In this document: piece after piece, positions 50,864 through 60,734 of the stretch | How positions within the stretch are numbered: position 1 is the first letter of the stretch | How the letters are laid out: every line of letters begins with the position of its first letter | From: Fistulifera solaris | Taxonomy: Eukaryota | Length of the DNA: 64,000 nt | Assembly: GCA_030295235.1 (NCBI GenBank) | Contig: AP026130.1 | Span: 1,116,001-1,180,000 of the forward strand | Direction: 5' to 3' | Notes under the pieces: model-generated | What the model saw: only the letters and a program-made list of their open reading frames with translations | What the model was told of the DNA's origin: nothing | The model's database searches: none | Position numbers and translations under genes: made by a program

Positions 50864-51670
50864 ATGACAGTAGCAATCTGCATTCAACAGGAGCCGGAAC
50901 TGGAGACGATCAAGAGTTCTTCCTCGGTAGGCGGAAGCGAGTGTAGCAAAAGCCTAAGCCTTGGAGGGAGAAAATCGGTCCGGTTTTCTTTGAAACGAAA
51001 CGAAATATTCATTCTAAGTGATGACTATGAGGGAGTAGAAATCAGCGAAATTTGGTTTGGTGGCGACGAGTTCATCCGAATCAAAGCGAAATCGCGGGAA
51101 GAATCGAGGCAATGGAGACGTCTGGGTTATAGCGTCCTCCTCAAAGAGTGCTTTCACCGAAGAGATCCGGATGTGCAGCATCAGCTGAATGCCTTTTGTC
51201 AGCTAGAAGATGAACTATGCCGTCGAGGACTCGAGCGGCATTTATCAAAACAGCATGCCGAAGAGCGATCTGACTGCAAAGATATTTCGAGACAGGCTGT
51301 GCTTTCTACTCAAAAGCGAATGAGAAATAAAGATGCTAACAGCGATGAAACAATCAGAATGGTGTCAGAAGCCTATGAACAGCAAACACGAAGCTCCAAG
51401 ATGTTCGCACATCGTATGGGACTTGCTGATGAATATACAGTCAAGAAAGGGTGCAATTCGAGCGCGGCAAGCAAATATCTCGAAGAGGAAGAATACGAAG
51501 GCGGGGGAAGGCGAAGAATGCAGCGACGTCTGAGTAATTACTCGGTGGTGTCGACAAATTCAATGGATTCACGCCGAAGGTGGCTTGCGACAACAGAGCG
51601 GCAAAAACGCCGACCCACACCCGCTTCACCGGCTTCCGTATCCGATGATTTCTACGCAGCGATTGCGTAG
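50864..51670 (+). CDS. Hypothetical protein of a common diatom family (KSVRF...IWF...RGLE...AVL...D motif)
   Basis: KSVRFS, EIWFGGDEFIRIK, CRRGLERH, AVLSTQ, FAHRMGLADE. KSVRF is an RVxF-like PP1-docking motif (inference). Confidence 0.75.
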   Translation: MTVAICIQQEPELETIKSSSSVGGSECSKSLSLGGRKSVRFSLKRNEIFILSDDYEGVEISEIWFGGDEFIRIKAKSREESRQWRRLGYSVLLKECFHRRDPDVQHQLNAFCQLEDELCRRGLERHLSKQHAEERSDCKDISRQAVLSTQKRMRNKDANSDETIRMVSEAYEQQTRSSKMFAHRMGLADEYTVKKGCNSSAASKYLEEEEYEGGGRRRMQRRLSNYSVVSTNSMDSRRRWLATTERQKRRPTPASPASVSDDFYAAIA

Positions 51671-51939
51671 TTTGCATGACTTCTTATATTTCATATTAAG
51701 ACTAATGGTGCTTTTTCATAGAGGGGACAATCAAAGGATAATGATAATGATCATTTGCGCTAGACTATTACTATATCCACGCTCATATGATTATAATGGA
51801 GGGTAGAAAGTAACGACGATCAAATACTGGCTTTAATAACTTACATAATTCTACACGAGATCATGAACGAGTTATCTCCACGTTCAGCCACTATGTTCTT
51901 GGCCGGGGCTACTATTTACAGTGAAGGAGTTCGACAACT

Positions 51940-53160
51940 CTACCGTCTTTTGCGCCGATTTCGAATAGCACAAAATGCGATTACTATCCCAAGGATACCA
52001 AATGCAAGGAGTACCCACGCCCATGGCTCCATTTTCTTCTCTTCCGATATACCCTTCACTTCTACGACAGGGGGGTTTGTTGCTGTCAAATTGGTTTCAG
52101 GGCCTTCATCATCTCCAAAGTCTACGACGTATGACACGTCCACGACGTCGGGGTGAACCGCGTTGAGCAGTCCTTTTTCCATCATCTCTTTTGCCGAGAC
52201 GAATACAAAAGGTTCAGTCCAGTTCAAAGGTAGCGTGTCATCTTGCGACAATATCGTCAAGGCACCAGATACTACAAAACAACGTCTCGCGTTTCCCAGC
52301 AATGACGTTCTGCATCTCACTTGTAAAGGAAGGAAAATGTGAGCCGCAAAGACCTCCATACGTTTCACCACATTGTACAGGATGCTTATCTCACCTCCGT
52401 CTACTCCCGGAAGGACTGTATCCTTTGGTTCAGATAGGAGACCTGATACAGTCGCCCCATCGATTGGTTGATCCACAGAAATGCGTGTCTCTGAAACGGT
52501 GATACTTGTGTCCGAGCAGAGTGAATCGGCAAAGACGTTTGTTATCAAATGCCGAGCGAGAGCTTTTTCCAGAAAAAACAAAACCTCTTCTTCCATTCTC
52601 ACGACGGTTTGATTCAATGTGGTTTGGACCTGATAAAGAAAGGAAATCTGATGTGTCTGCGTCCCTGTTCCGAAGTCACCGTCGGTATTGGTTTCGCACG
52701 ATGGATTTGACGTCGTAGTGGGTGGACTCGTTGCTTCATTTTCCGGAGCAGGATCTTTTGTTGTCGAGGTTTCGTTACCAATTGACGGCGTAGTGGGTGC
52801 GTCAGTTCCTTCACCCTCCGCACTTGGCTCATTAGTTGGAGGGGTTTCGTTACCAGTTGGCGGCGTTGTGGGCGCAGTAGTAGCTTCCTCTTCCGGAGCA
52901 GGTTCACTGGTTGCAGCGGTTTCGTTACCAAGCACATCTTGCTCACCTGGCGTGGAGCAATATCGAGAATCTAAACACAAGGCGTCCAAATTGAGTTGAC
53001 GTGTGGGGTTCTGACGAAGCGATCTTCGCTCATATTTTGTGCCGTCCATGACAGTTCCTGGAGCGATTGCTTGCGTTTCAATAAACTCTTTCTTGACGAC
53101 TGCGTTGCTCTGATTGGGGGAAAGGTGAGTATGCCGAGTCAGTAAGGGACGGGCAAGCAT
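51940..53160 (-). CDS. Single-pass membrane/cell-surface protein with Thr/Pro-rich repeats; in-frame intron 52320-52394
   Basis: C-terminal TM segment WAWVLLAFGILGIVIAFCAI followed by RNRRKRR. Three ~25-aa GNET repeats. GTGAGA...CAAG intron. Confidence 0.7.
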   Translation of the reverse strand: MLARPLLTRHTHLSPNQSNAVVKKEFIETQAIAPGTVMDGTKYERRSLRQNPTRQLNLDALCLDSRYCSTPGEQDVLGNETAATSEPAPEEEATTAPTTPPTGNETPPTNEPSAEGEGTDAPTTPSIGNETSTTKDPAPENEATSPPTTTSNPSCETNTDGDFGTGTQTHQISFLYQVQTTLNQTVVRMEEEVLFFLEKALARHLITNVFADSLCSDTSITVSETRISVDQPIDGATVSGLLSEPKDTVLPGVDGGEISILYNVVKRMEVFAAHIFLPLQVRCRTSLLGNARRCFVVSGALTILSQDDTLPLNWTEPFVFVSAKEMMEKGLLNAVHPDVVDVSYVVDFGDDEGPETNLTATNPPVVEVKGISEEKKMEPWAWVLLAFGILGIVIAFCAIRNRRKRR

Positions 53161-53660
53161 TCATTATTGGTTATTGGTTGTTTGTCGTCAGTTATTGTCA
53201 CGTTTTGCCGTGAAAGTCCAAGTGCCAATAGAGGCGAGCAGAAAGAGAAAAGAGGTGCGAAAAAATGGAACCCGTGTTGTGCCACAAGCCACAAGCCACA
53301 AGTGTGCCATAAGCCATAAGCCATAAGTATCCGAGAAAGGCCCTTTACGATACGTCCATTCTCCAGTCCGTCATAAATCGTCAACTACTATGAATCACGA
53401 AGTATACACTCGATCAAAATTCAAAATGACCCGATAGTCTGTCCCACTGTCCGACTCACGCTATGCACCGTTGCCAGTTGCCATGACCCATGACCCATGA
53501 CCATGACGCGTTTTACAAACTACCAGTATCTTTGACGCTAATGAGGCAAAGGGCTCATTCTTTCGACAATAAAAGTATCAATAAAAACAGTTCGAGTTCT
53601 GCGTAACGTCTTATCCCCTCTTGATATCAAAGTAACTAAGATATTTTCTTTTACTGATTA

Positions 53661-54782
53661 ATGAAGGCAATGTCCGTATTCTTCGCGACCGCGATCGTGG
53701 CCGCCTCAAAGGCATTTTCTTTTCGTTCTTTGAGAACATCATCCACTCGGTTGTTTTCGTCCGTCAGCAAGTCCAGCGCTCCTCCAAGATATAATGAAAA
53801 GGATGTTCAATTGATGAAAAACATCTTATACCGCGTCCGAGCAGTGAATCAAATGCCGGAAGAAGTGCGATCTAGCTTGATAGAATTTCATATTGACGGC
53901 GTTTGTGTCGGAAAGGTCGACCCATCTATTGCGGATCTAGTTTGTTCGGCGGACACTGTTTTTACCATAAATCAAGACAACATGTTGACGCTGACAGCAG
54001 ATGCAGGAACAACATTTGACTCTCGTACACGAGCGGTGGCTAGGGTCATGGAGAAATTACGAGACGATGGAATTGTGCAAGGATGGCGCAATGAGGATTA
54101 TCCGGTGAGCACGGGTTTTTACGATGAACCCTTTTTCGTAATTGAGCGAGCTGCCGCTGCCTTTCTTGGGATACTGGAATATGTAGGTAGACGCTGAATG
54201 GGCTAGTGTTTGTGAATTTCAAGGCGTTCCCACTCATCATTAGTCTTGCTACAGGGAGTGCATATTAATGGCTTAGTCAGCAGCGATGACGGATCACAAC
54301 CTCGTATGTGGATAGGTCGACGATCACCTACCAAATCGAAGTACCCTGGCATGCTAGATCACATTGTTGCCGGTGGGCAACCCGCAGGGCTTTCGTTGAT
54401 GGAAAATGTGGTCAAAGAGTGCACGGAGGAAGCGGGCATTCCGGAGCACCTGACTTTGGCCGGGGTTCGACCAGCCGGAGCTATCAGCTACGAGACCTAT
54501 TCGACAAAGCATAAAGCAGTCTCTCGTGTCGTACTTTTCAATTATGATCTCTATCTTCCAGCTGATTTTGTTCCAAAGCCGGTCGATGGTGAAGTGGACG
54601 AGTTCTTTCTCTGGACTATAGATCAAGTTCTTGAATCGATGGATCCCGACTACCCAGATCCAATCAAGCCGAATTGCTACAGCGTGATCATTGATTATTT
54701 GCTACGTGAAGGTCATATATCTCCAGAAGTCCCTGGCTATCTCGATGTGTTGAAAGAACTTAGGAGCGGAGATTGTAGATAG
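53661..54782 (+). CDS. Nudix hydrolase (plant NUDT20/24, yeast YJR142W-like), probably plastid-targeted; intron 54183-54254
   Basis: GWRNEDYPV, IERAAAAFLGILEY/GVHING, MWIGRRSPTKSKYPGMLDHIVAGG, KECTEEAGI, YDLYLP, DGEVDEF, KPNC. SKAF signal motif. Confidence 0.9.
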
Positions 54783-55072
54783 GGGATAGCGAGCTAGAGG
54801 GGAATCTTAGAGATTAGAGACTCTAAAAGGACTTCTTGGGTTCGCATGCTCGCAAGGCTAGATCTAGAACCACAAGAATTTGAAATAGTAAACAAAGAAT
54901 TTACTGTTATTAATGGTCAGAAAGGAAGATTTGACTTTATCCACCCCATTTATTAAAATATCATTTTACCATACAACAGTAAATGACAACAACCAGATGA
55001 AAAAAGAGACTTGATGAGATAATAGAACGCCGACTACTTCACAGAGATGTAGTGGCCAGTTAGAGCAGAGAT

Positions 55073-55553
55073 TTATTCTCCCTTTTCATCCGCTGGCTCG
55101 GCATCATCACCTTCGGCTTGATCACTGGTCCACAGCGTCAAGTTATCTCGAAGAAGCTGCATGATCAGTGTTGAATCCTTGTATGACTCCTCGTTGAGGG
55201 TATCGAGCTCAGCGATGGCATCGTCGAACGCTTGCTTGGCAATCTGGCAAGCCTTGTCGGGGGAATTCAGAATCTCGTAGTAGAATACGGAGAAGTTGAG
55301 GGCAAGACCCAACCGAATGGGGTGTGTTGGCGGGAGATCGGAGCTCGCGATGCCACTGGCGGCTTGGTAGGCATCAAGAGCCGCGCTGGCACTCTCCTTT
55401 CGGGTGTCACCGACCTGGAACTCGGAAAGGTAGCGGTGATAGTCTCCCTTCATCTTGTAGTAGAAAACCTTGGCCTCCTCCGAAGTAGAGTTGGGGATCA
55501 AAGAGTCTTCGATGATGCTGAGAATGTCGTTGCAGATCTCAACAAGCTCGGTT

Positions 55554-55584
<31 letters not shown>

Positions 55585-55807
55585 TCATCTTGTCCGGGTC
55601 TCCTTTTTGCTCAATGCTGGTGACAACACGCCACGAGGCACGACGAGAGCCAATCACGTTCTTGTAGGCAACCGAAAGCAAGTTGCGCTCTTCGACGGTG
55701 AGTTCTTGCGGTTGACGAGCAACGTCCTTCATGTCGGAGACCATCTCGTCGAAACGCTCGGCTTGCTCAGCGAGCTTGGCCTTGTAAACTAGAGCTTCAC
55801 GATCCAT
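55073..55807 (-). CDS. 14-3-3 protein
   Basis: [85 protein letters not shown]. Strongly C/G-biased third codon positions. Confidence 0.99.
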
Positions 55808-56691
55808 TGTTATCCTATTTTATTATTGCCGAAGTAAGTTGATTCGAACGCAAGTTTTTTATGATCCAAAATGGCTCTGCACGGCGATGGCACTGCGAGC
55901 AGACCGCACACCGCACACGGCTGCCTCACAGCGAATTACTACTTCCGTTGCGACAGTGTTTCCGAATTCCTACACAGTTATTCATAGTTACGTGTCCGAT
56001 GACTGCGGCAATTGTAAGGTGACCCTCTTCAAAACACTATAGTCATTAGAGTCGGCTACTTTCTGAAGGATACACGTCGCACACCGCTCCGCGCGCCTCC
56101 GCAATCGGAAGTCGTCGAATTTTGGAAGGCGGAAGACGAACCTTCGACAAAAAAAAGAGAAAGAGAAGGATCTGGAACAAACAATCGCATCGACAGCCAG
56201 ACGCCAATCGTCGGGTCGTCGACCGTCAATGCGAATTACGTCCACACGCCATACACTTCCTTCCAAACTGCGAGGTCGAAATGCATCCAAGACTGGTCAT
56301 TGTTCCTGTATAGCTCAATGTGTTCTATTTATTCTTGATCTCGCTTGCTGGTTGGCGTGAAAAGTCCGTCCGCTCCGAGTTTCGAGTTGGAGTGGAAAGA
56401 GAGGGGCAAAGATCGGACGGTTCAAGTAATCGCGGAAGGTGTTCTTGCTTCTTGTTGCACTGTACCCTGTCCGACTAATAAACGGGATAGAAGAGCAAGT
56501 GATCCTGTTGGCACTTAACATCCTTTCACGGAATCCAGCTGGAAAATGGGTGCAAGATGCCAAATCTCCACCCACCTTACGCGCGCCTTTATTTTCTACA
56601 ATCTCCCGAAGCGAAAAAACATACACAACTTAAAACGTTTCTTTATCAAAGCTATCTATCTTGCGTAATAATTCATCGAACAAACAAAGGA

Positions 56692-57099
56692 ATGTCATCA
56701 ACAATAATGAATTTCACCGCCGATACTTTCACAGTCGAACAATTGTCATCGACAAGGCGATCAAAAATTCTCGACGACCACAGCTCCGCAACAAGTGTCA
56801 CAGAAATGGAAAACTCCACCAGCCAAAGTGAAGAATTGGGATCATCGTTAGATCTGGGGACTGACGCTCGACATTGTAGGGGGTTGGCGGATTCAAGTGA
56901 ATGGGATGACTCGTTTGCCGGGGAAGATTCATTCGCCGTACACGAAGGGACTGGACCCTATCGACCGGTGGCATTTCGCGAGCTGGTGACCGTTGGTGAA
57001 CACGGAGAAGAGGAAGACGAGGAAGAAGAAGACGACGACGAGAAAAGCAACGGCGACAACAAGTCGAGTCCATTACATTCAGAAAGAAAAACGAATTGA
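56692..57099 (+). CDS. Small acidic hypothetical protein
   Basis: ATG after an A-rich leader; DSSEWDDSFAGEDSFA and a poly-E/D tract. 3' end uncertain. Confidence 0.5.
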   Translation: MSSTIMNFTADTFTVEQLSSTRRSKILDDHSSATSVTEMENSTSQSEELGSSLDLGTDARHCRGLADSSEWDDSFAGEDSFAVHEGTGPYRPVAFRELVTVGEHGEEEDEEEEDDDEKSNGDNKSSPLHSERKTN

Positions 57100-57138
57100 A
57101 TTACTTACAGCTAGCGAACGGCTTTACCAGCCGATACC

Positions 57139-57828
57139 TTACAATACTTGCGTCAGAACCGACTCTGGAACAATTGCACCTTCTTTAATAACTTTTGCAT
57201 ACCATCCGCGAAGCCCGGGCTTTGAATCTAATAAACTTATAAATTCTTGACAGTCTTTGATACGCTCTTTGGGTGTCTTCGAATCATTATTGATGTACGG
57301 TAATTTGCATAGATTAGCGCAAGGAATAACGGGTTCGGTAATCTCTAAAACAACCTCGTTTTCACTGCATTTGAAACGATATTGCTTCCCAGGCTCAAAG
57401 AAAGAATAACAGACTTTATCCAACAACATGTTTTCTCCTAGATCACCGTCCGCCACCGGATACTCATATGATCTCAAAAGTTCCATTGTATCGGTGGTAA
57501 GCAAAGAAACCGCCCGATCGGGTGTTCCCTTCAAGGCAATGCTTCTGTAATGGTTGTAGTCCCCTCGAACGCCTGCCTTGCTAACCCAGATTTCCTCTTT
57601 CTGTTCGTCCTTTCGTGTCGTGTAAAACCGACTCGATGGCCTGGAACTCTCGTCATCGTATTTCCGTGCAGCTAGTCGACAAACGTAGCCAATTGGCAAT
57701 GAATTATCACCGTTAAGTATGGATTTGGACGCCAATAATTTGCGATCGTCCTTTACCCCCATTGAAGCGCAATCGGTCCACTCTCCGACGAACATTACGA
57801 GAGGAACGAAGACTCGCAGGGAAACCAT
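57139..57828 (-). CDS. MOSC-domain protein (YiiM-like)
   Basis: GVRGDYN, DRAVSLL, GDLGENMLL, VLEITEPVIPCANL, GLRGWYAKVIKEGAI. Confidence 0.85.
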   Translation of the reverse strand: MVSLRVFVPLVMFVGEWTDCASMGVKDDRKLLASKSILNGDNSLPIGYVCRLAARKYDDESSRPSSRFYTTRKDEQKEEIWVSKAGVRGDYNHYRSIALKGTPDRAVSLLTTDTMELLRSYEYPVADGDLGENMLLDKVCYSFFEPGKQYRFKCSENEVVLEITEPVIPCANLCKLPYINNDSKTPKERIKDCQEFISLLDSKPGLRGWYAKVIKEGAIVPESVLTQVL

Positions 57829-57939
57829 AATAATAGAAAAAAATCTTCAGGTAGTCATGTAGCTTCCATTTCAAGCATGCCCTCGAACATAAACAGGTGA
57901 TCGATAGAGACGCTCCGAATTTGTGAGAGAGTTCAGTGG

Positions 57940-58225
57940 ACGTGAAAACACCACACCCCCCGCTTTTTCTGGGTACGTGAAAACATTACACCCCCACATT
58001 TTCTGGGTACGTCTAACACCACGCGCCCACATTTTCTGGCTACGTGAAAACATTACACCCCCACATTTTCTGGGTACGTCTAACACCACACACCCACATT
58101 TTCTGGGTACGTCTAACACCACTCACCCACATTTTCTGGGTACGTGTATAAACACCGCACTCCAACATTTTCTGGGTACGTGGAAAACACACGCGCACAT
58201 CATACATTTTGTTTGCACGTGCAAA
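57940..58225 (+). repeat. Minisatellite array C: ~8 copies of the 33-36 bp unit, with ACGTGAAAAC and ACGTCTAAC variants
   Basis: acgtgaaaacattacacccccacattttctgggt occurs twice exactly; acgtctaacaccacNCNcccacattttctgg three times. Lies between the divergent MOSC and SET genes. Confidence 0.95.
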
Positions 58226-58391
58226 GTATCACATTTGGGCGTTGCTTTACTTCGTTCTTCCCTTTACTTTAAGATTGAGGCCTAAGTTTCATCGCATTTG
58301 ACCCGCAACGAAGGAATTTGTGTTACTGGGTCCTCGCCGAATTGCTGGGTTGCGGCGAACGCAAAATTTCATGTTCTTCCCCTCCAAATTA

Positions 58392-58978
58392 ATGCCGATG
58401 GTCAGTAGTATAATAATTATCTGGTTGCTGGACAGAGCGTTTAGTTGGAGCATTCCTTTCCCCGGAGGAGGAAAGGTTTCTTTCAAGATGGTATACTTCG
58501 AATTCAGACTCGAGCAGCTCCGAACGCGACAATTCCTCCGCCAGGTTCTTGCGCGTCGTCACAGACGCTTCACTCAATTGAGATCCGAGATACAGGGACC
58601 GTGAAAGGATATGGAGCCTACTGCATAAGCGATTTACCGCAATGCACATTTTTAGGGTTCTATCCAGATGATTGTGTCATCACAGATCTCAAAGAAAGTG
58701 CCAGCAGCGATTACGTCTTGTCCTTGGACGGGGGTGCCACTTTCTTGGATGGGTATGCCAGAGCACAAAATCGAACCGTTTTTTCGCCCGCCCATCTGAA
58801 TCATGCTGATTCAGATACTTTCGAATGCAACTGTTTCCGATTACTTCAGAATAGAACGGTAGCCTTTTTTACGTCTCGTGACATAAGACAAGGTGAAGAA
58901 CTGTGCTTTGATTACGGTCCTAATTATTGGCGAGGACGGAGAATGAGAAAATATAACCGAAAGTTGCTCCGTGGATAG
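58392..58978 (+). CDS. Small SET-domain protein with N-terminal signal peptide; frameshift near 58473, possibly another near 58940
   Basis: KGYGAY, FLGFY, AHLNHAD, VAFFTSRDIRQGEELCFDYGPNYW. Hydrophobic leader MVSSIIIIWLLDRAFSW is in the preceding frame. Confidence 0.8.
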
Positions 58979-59266
58979 CTCTACCGTGCTTGCTCGTCCA
59001 GTGCTTTCCAGGTCCCAGTCAAATTAGGACGATGCGACAAGAAAAGACTATGTATTAAATTCTAAGCTTGCTTCGGCGCTTTGAATCGCCCCTAGTGTTT
59101 GACATGTCGGAGATATGCCAAATGATAAAAGTTCATCGGTGTACTTTTCAAGCGTAAAAGGAAAACATAAGTCAAACTCGCTTACCCAATCCTTTATCCA
59201 CCTGACCTGTTTCGAAGTCTAAAAGGTCGACCGAACACTGACCATTTGCAAGCATAGGAATAAGCC

Positions 59267-60334
59267 TTAAGATTCTTTGTCGTTAAGCGTTGCGTCTAAT
59301 TCAGCAAAGATAGCTGAAGCTCGTGTCATCATGTTCTTTTGCTTGCTTTCTGGTAGCTTTAAGAGTATATCCTGTTTCATCAACCAGATATCTCGTAAGA
59401 TCAAAGTCTCATACTGACCCGTCAACGGGACAAGCACGCGGCGAAAAATGACCTCTGCTCCATCAAACATGGGAAGTGCTAAGTAAAGCGTAGCAAAGAC
59501 GCAAAGACTGTAGAACCCGCGAATATGACCGACAAAGTTTTCCACGTAGTCCATCGCAACAAAGAGTAACATGTAGGTTGCCCAATACGTCAACCATTTT
59601 GTTACCATCAAACTCTCAGTAGTGACGTTTGCCTGCTTTCGAGTTTTACTAGCGGTATTATTCGTTTGCACGCCCAAGGCCACAATGGAGGCAGCCATAG
59701 GATATGCTGTACCGATGGCAATCACAATGAATCTTCGCTGCTCTTCGGGTAGCCATGTAAACAAATACCAAACGGTCCAAAGATAGGATGTATTGACTAA
59801 TGACAGAAGTAGCTGAATCCAACCTTCCATTTTTATGGCCAGTCTTTGGGCAATGGGTGTCAAATACGGCTTGGTGATCGAGTCATACACGACAGCTGCT
59901 CCATTGGTAAACGGCAAAACAAGCCAGAGTACCGTGAATAGTTCAAATTCATACCAGTGCTCTCCAGCTTGAGGGAGATACGCCGTAATATTGTCCATGA
60001 ACTCGGTCAGGAAGGAAAGACTACCCCAAGTGATCCAATATTGCAACCACACCTCGTCGTCTCTAGAACTGACTGTGCAGAGAGCCACAATACTATTGTA
60101 TACGGGAAGGAAAGTACCAACAAGTAGAACCCCACCAGGAGAGAACAACTCATTTTGCACCCAGTCGGGAATCAGTAAACGACAAATAACGGCAGTAACA
60201 GCTGCGTACAAGGGATGCACCCAAAGAGCTGGCTTTCTCCATCGAGGGATGCGCTGTAGAACGACGCTCAATAGCCCAACCGCCACGAGCGCCGCGCCGT
60301 AGAGAGCCCATTTTTCGGCAGATACTTCCTTCAT
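59267..60334 (-). CDS. Protein with two tandem TB2/DP1/HVA22 (REEP/YOP1) domains
   Basis: Two copies of G-T-x-x-P...S-I-V-A-L...W-L-x-Y-W...L-(W/Y)-L-x-L-P...G-A. Confidence 0.85.
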   Translation of the reverse strand: MKEVSAEKWALYGAALVAVGLLSVVLQRIPRWRKPALWVHPLYAAVTAVICRLLIPDWVQNELFSPGGVLLVGTFLPVYNSIVALCTVSSRDDEVWLQYWITWGSLSFLTEFMDNITAYLPQAGEHWYEFELFTVLWLVLPFTNGAAVVYDSITKPYLTPIAQRLAIKMEGWIQLLLSLVNTSYLWTVWYLFTWLPEEQRRFIVIAIGTAYPMAASIVALGVQTNNTASKTRKQANVTTESLMVTKWLTYWATYMLLFVAMDYVENFVGHIRGFYSLCVFATLYLALPMFDGAEVIFRRVLVPLTGQYETLILRDIWLMKQDILLKLPESKQKNMMTRASAIFAELDATLNDKES

Positions 60335-60734
60335 TGTACGCAGTTACTGATAGATTGAATAGCAACCAAATGGGACTTTATTGGTGTAGATAAGTTGCTG
60401 CTGAGAAAAAAGATCTGCGATCGCAAGAAGAGTTCAAAAAATCATCTTTGAATAACACGTTTTGGATTGCAGATCCCACTGGTATTCATCACGATCTTCA
60501 CATGGCGACACGATCGTTGAGTTTCCTTCCAAATTTTCTTCTACAACGCTCATCGGTTTCCGTTGGCAGGGACACTATCTCATAATCAGCAGAGGGGCGT
60601 TCCGCACCTTTTTTTGAAAACAAGAACTGCACCGACTCACATTTCTGTGCATTCCTTCGGTCAAAGCAGACCATTGTACACCCCAAACGGTGAACCAAAG
60701 CAACAAACCTACCACTTTGTAAACGAAAGACACC

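Noticed and set aside
55232..55792. 186-aa antisense ORF over 14-3-3, and other antisense or overlapping ORFs
   Set aside because: Shadow ORFs caused by codon bias of the real gene on the opposite strand.
57940..58225. CRISPR array interpretation of the 33-bp arrays (also 9613-9794 and 42156-42297)
   Set aside because: The variable parts are only about 10-12 bp and are similar to each other rather than unique spacers. No cas genes, and the context is eukaryotic and intron-containing.
2870..58475. Pervasive programmed ribosomal frameshifting (Euplotes-like)
   Set aside because: Shifts go in both directions, share no slippery-plus-stop motif and sit in runs of all four bases. Sequencing error is the simpler explanation.
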